From Candidatus Poseidoniaceae archaeon (lineage in GTDB: Archaea; Thermoplasmatota; Poseidoniia; Poseidoniales; Poseidoniaceae), in NCBI GenBank assembly GCA_964228815.1, contig CAXRAL010000083.1, positions 5,665-69,664 of the forward strand: a stretch of DNA of 64,000 nt. Reading direction: 5' to 3'. Under the pieces are notes generated by a model. That model did not search any database. It worked only from the letters and a program-made list of their open reading frames with translations, and was not told the origin of the DNA. Shown here one piece after another: positions 62,411-64,000 of the stretch. A program made the translations under genes and the position numbers. Every line of letters starts with the position of its first letter. The stretch's first letter is position 1.

Positions 62411-63487
62411 ATGGAACGCCTCAAGGTGGCCGTGCTGGGGGCCGGTGGCCTGGTGGCACAGCGCCTGCAGCAACGGTTGGCCAACCACCCCTGGTTCGAC
62501 CTCGCTGCCGTGGCAGGTTCAGCCCGCTTCCTCGGCCAGCCACTCAGTGGTGTGCCGTGGGTGCTCGAGGATAAGCGTCCTGCCCTTCCCGACCTTGTCG
62601 TGCTGGATGTCAACGACCCCGCCGTGGTTGAACGGCTCGTCGCCGAGGGCGTGCGAGCAGCATTTTCAGCCCTTCCTGCAGCGGAAGCCCTTCACCTCGA
62701 ACCGATGTGGGCCCAGGCTGGCATCTCGGTCTTCTCCAACGCCAGTGCTCACCGCCGTGTCGACGGTATCCCGTTGGTGATTCCTGAGATCAACGCCGAA
62801 GCGCTGCGACCACCCGGAGGCGGCGTGTTGCGCCATGCCTGCGCCACGAATTGCACCTTGTTGCCCTTGGTGTTCCCGCTGGCAGCCATCCACCACGCCT
62901 TCGATTTGGAGGCCTACACCATGCGAAGCGAGCAGGCCCTTTCGGGCGGTGGCCATCCGTACATGACCCGGGCCCTCAGCGAAGGCAGCGTCGATGCAGA
63001 AATTCCGGGCGAAGCCGAGAAAACCGGCGCCGAATTCCGCCACGTCCTCGATTGGGACGGGTCATCTCACCTCACCTGCCAGCGCATCATGCGGGCTGAT
63101 GGCCACCATGTCTTCGTTGAAGCCACGCTGTCACAGCCCACGGACGAAGACGCGCTGCGCCGCGCGTTGACCGAGTGGTCGATGCGTCAACGCTTCCATG
63201 ACCTCCCCAGCGCTCCCAGCCAACCGCTGATGGTGGAAGACAACGTGGACGTGAACGCCCATCTTTTCGCAGACGGGAGCGCCTACCCGACTCAACCCGA
63301 CCCCGCCGTTGACCTCAAGGCGGGCATGGCGGTGGTGGTCGGCAACATCGAAATGCCGGACCCAACCACGGTCCGCTTCCAAGCCTTCAATCACAACACC
63401 CTGAGAGGTGCGGCCGGGGGCGTGGTGCTTCTGGCAGAACTCGCCTACGCCATGGAATTGATGCCGTCCATTCGACCTCACCCGTAG
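62411..63487 (+). CDS. asd: aspartate-semialdehyde dehydrogenase (archaeal type)
   Basis: It is collinear by eye with M. jannaschii ASADH: KVAVLGAGGLVAQRLQQRLANHPWFDL, VFSALPA, VFSNASAHRRVDGIPLVIPEINAE, active-site Cys in TNCT, HNTLRGAAGG. ATG 62411 is preferred over the ORF start at 62372. Confidence 0.9.
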   Translation: MERLKVAVLGAGGLVAQRLQQRLANHPWFDLAAVAGSARFLGQPLSGVPWVLEDKRPALPDLVVLDVNDPAVVERLVAEGVRAAFSALPAAEALHLEPMWAQAGISVFSNASAHRRVDGIPLVIPEINAEALRPPGGGVLRHACATNCTLLPLVFPLAAIHHAFDLEAYTMRSEQALSGGGHPYMTRALSEGSVDAEIPGEAEKTGAEFRHVLDWDGSSHLTCQRIMRADGHHVFVEATLSQPTDEDALRRALTEWSMRQRFHDLPSAPSQPLMVEDNVDVNAHLFADGSAYPTQPDPAVDLKAGMAVVVGNIEMPDPTTVRFQAFNHNTLRGAAGGVVLLAELAYAMELMPSIRPHP

Positions 63488-63542
63488 GGTAAAAGGTCGG
63501 AACCACCTCCTCGTTTCGGGTGCCGAGATGGGAATAACCGCC

Positions 63543-64000
63543 ATGATTCCGGACATGACCATCGGTCAACTCATGAACGAAGCCGCCGCTCGCTGGGGCG
63601 AAATTTGGGACCCGCACGCCACGCGCATGACCCTGTTGCTGCTCTGTCCACGAAAGGAACGTAAGATGATGGAGCTCCACGGCGACATGATCGACCACGG
63701 CCAACCCGTCGTTTCCGTGTTCCACCGACCTCGCGCCGAAGCCCACCTGCTCAAGGAGCAAGGGTTTGACCCGCGGGCAGCCTCCTTCATGTTCGTCAAC
63801 ATCGCCACCGCCGACATGGGCCCGTGGATGCAACAACTGGTGAACAACGAGGGTTGGCTCCGAAATTCCATCCAATTGGCCTCCACCCCGTTCTCGGTTG
63901 GCCTTCCATCCCAGCGCCCCTTTGAGGCCCTCCAGACCCTCTGTTTCCGTCACCCCTCACTCCCTGCCCTTGAGCAGTACTTCCTGCCCTTCCCCGCTGA
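63543..64000 (+). CDS. hypothetical protein, N-terminal part only (runs off the right edge)
   Basis: Manual translation from ATG 63543 gives MIPDMTIGQLMNEAAARWGEIWDPHATRMTLLLLCPRKERKMMELHGDMIDHGQPVVSVFHRPRAEAHLLKEQGFDPRAASFMFVNIATADMGPWMQQLVNNEGWLRNSIQLASTPFSVGLPSQRPFEALQTLCFRHPSLPALEQYFLPFPA, open to the window end. It is absent from the ORF track (no stop). No family recognised. Confidence 0.4.
   Translation, partial: MIPDMTIGQLMNEAAARWGEIWDPHATRMTLLLLCPRKERKMMELHGDMIDHGQPVVSVFHRPRAEAHLLKEQGFDPRAASFMFVNIATADMGPWMQQLVNNEGWLRNSIQLASTPFSVGLPSQRPFEALQTLCFRHPSLPALEQYFLPFPA

Noticed and set aside
1-64000. Search by eye for tRNA/rRNA genes, CRISPR arrays, transposases, integrases, toxin-antitoxin pairs, restriction-modification or other defence genes, and prophage remnants
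   Set aside because: The window is fully tiled by the CDSs listed. The largest non-coding gaps are about 130-200 nt (297-497, 5023-5192, 22779-22911) and show no cloverleaf or repeat-spacer structure. No ORF carries DDE/HUH, tyrosine or serine recombinase, or nuclease-methylase signatures that I could recognise.

Overview
This is a gene-dense, visibly GC-rich archaeal chromosomal segment. Archaeal markers include a TATA-binding protein, NMD3, an archaeal-type aspartate-semialdehyde dehydrogenase, mevalonate kinase, a SepF-like protein, and TATA boxes about 25-30 nt upstream of start codons (leaderless-type promoters). About 45 CDSs tile both strands with almost no non-coding DNA. There are several ATGA start/stop overlaps, and convergent genes abut or overlap at their stop codons. 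I saw no rRNA, tRNA, CRISPR array, transposase, integrase or recognisable defence genes. Housekeeping genes (bcp, nadE, trhO, ileS, trxA, cysS, mutY, mvk, tbp, maf, glmS, asd, ccmA/C/D) are interleaved with many very large secreted, single-pass membrane proteins. These are a ~1700-aa orphan surface protein (9992-15139, -), a membrane-anchored LTD+amidohydrolase (25518-28091, +), two tandem ~1200-aa PKD/CARDB paralogues (37189-44364, +) and a 1624-aa subtilase (48180-53054, -) preceded by a rhomboid protease gene. There are also three lipobox proteins and an ELWxxDGT-repeat protein. The gene content suggests a planktonic Thermoplasmatota-type archaeon (Marine Group II / Poseidoniales-like), but that is inference only. 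The most interesting signal is that all five giant type-I proteins carry predicted cytoplasmic tails built from the same ordered elements: an Arg-rich stop-transfer, an acidic W-D-E box, PPLP-type proline motifs and a small terminal module. The tandem pair shares a conserved W-rich 26-residue tail module and sits directly upstream of sepF (9-nt gap), next to maf and a KaiC-like ATPase. I propose this as a candidate undescribed tail-docking or surface-to-division coupling system. That proposal is a hypothesis built from motifs read by eye, and no searches were run.
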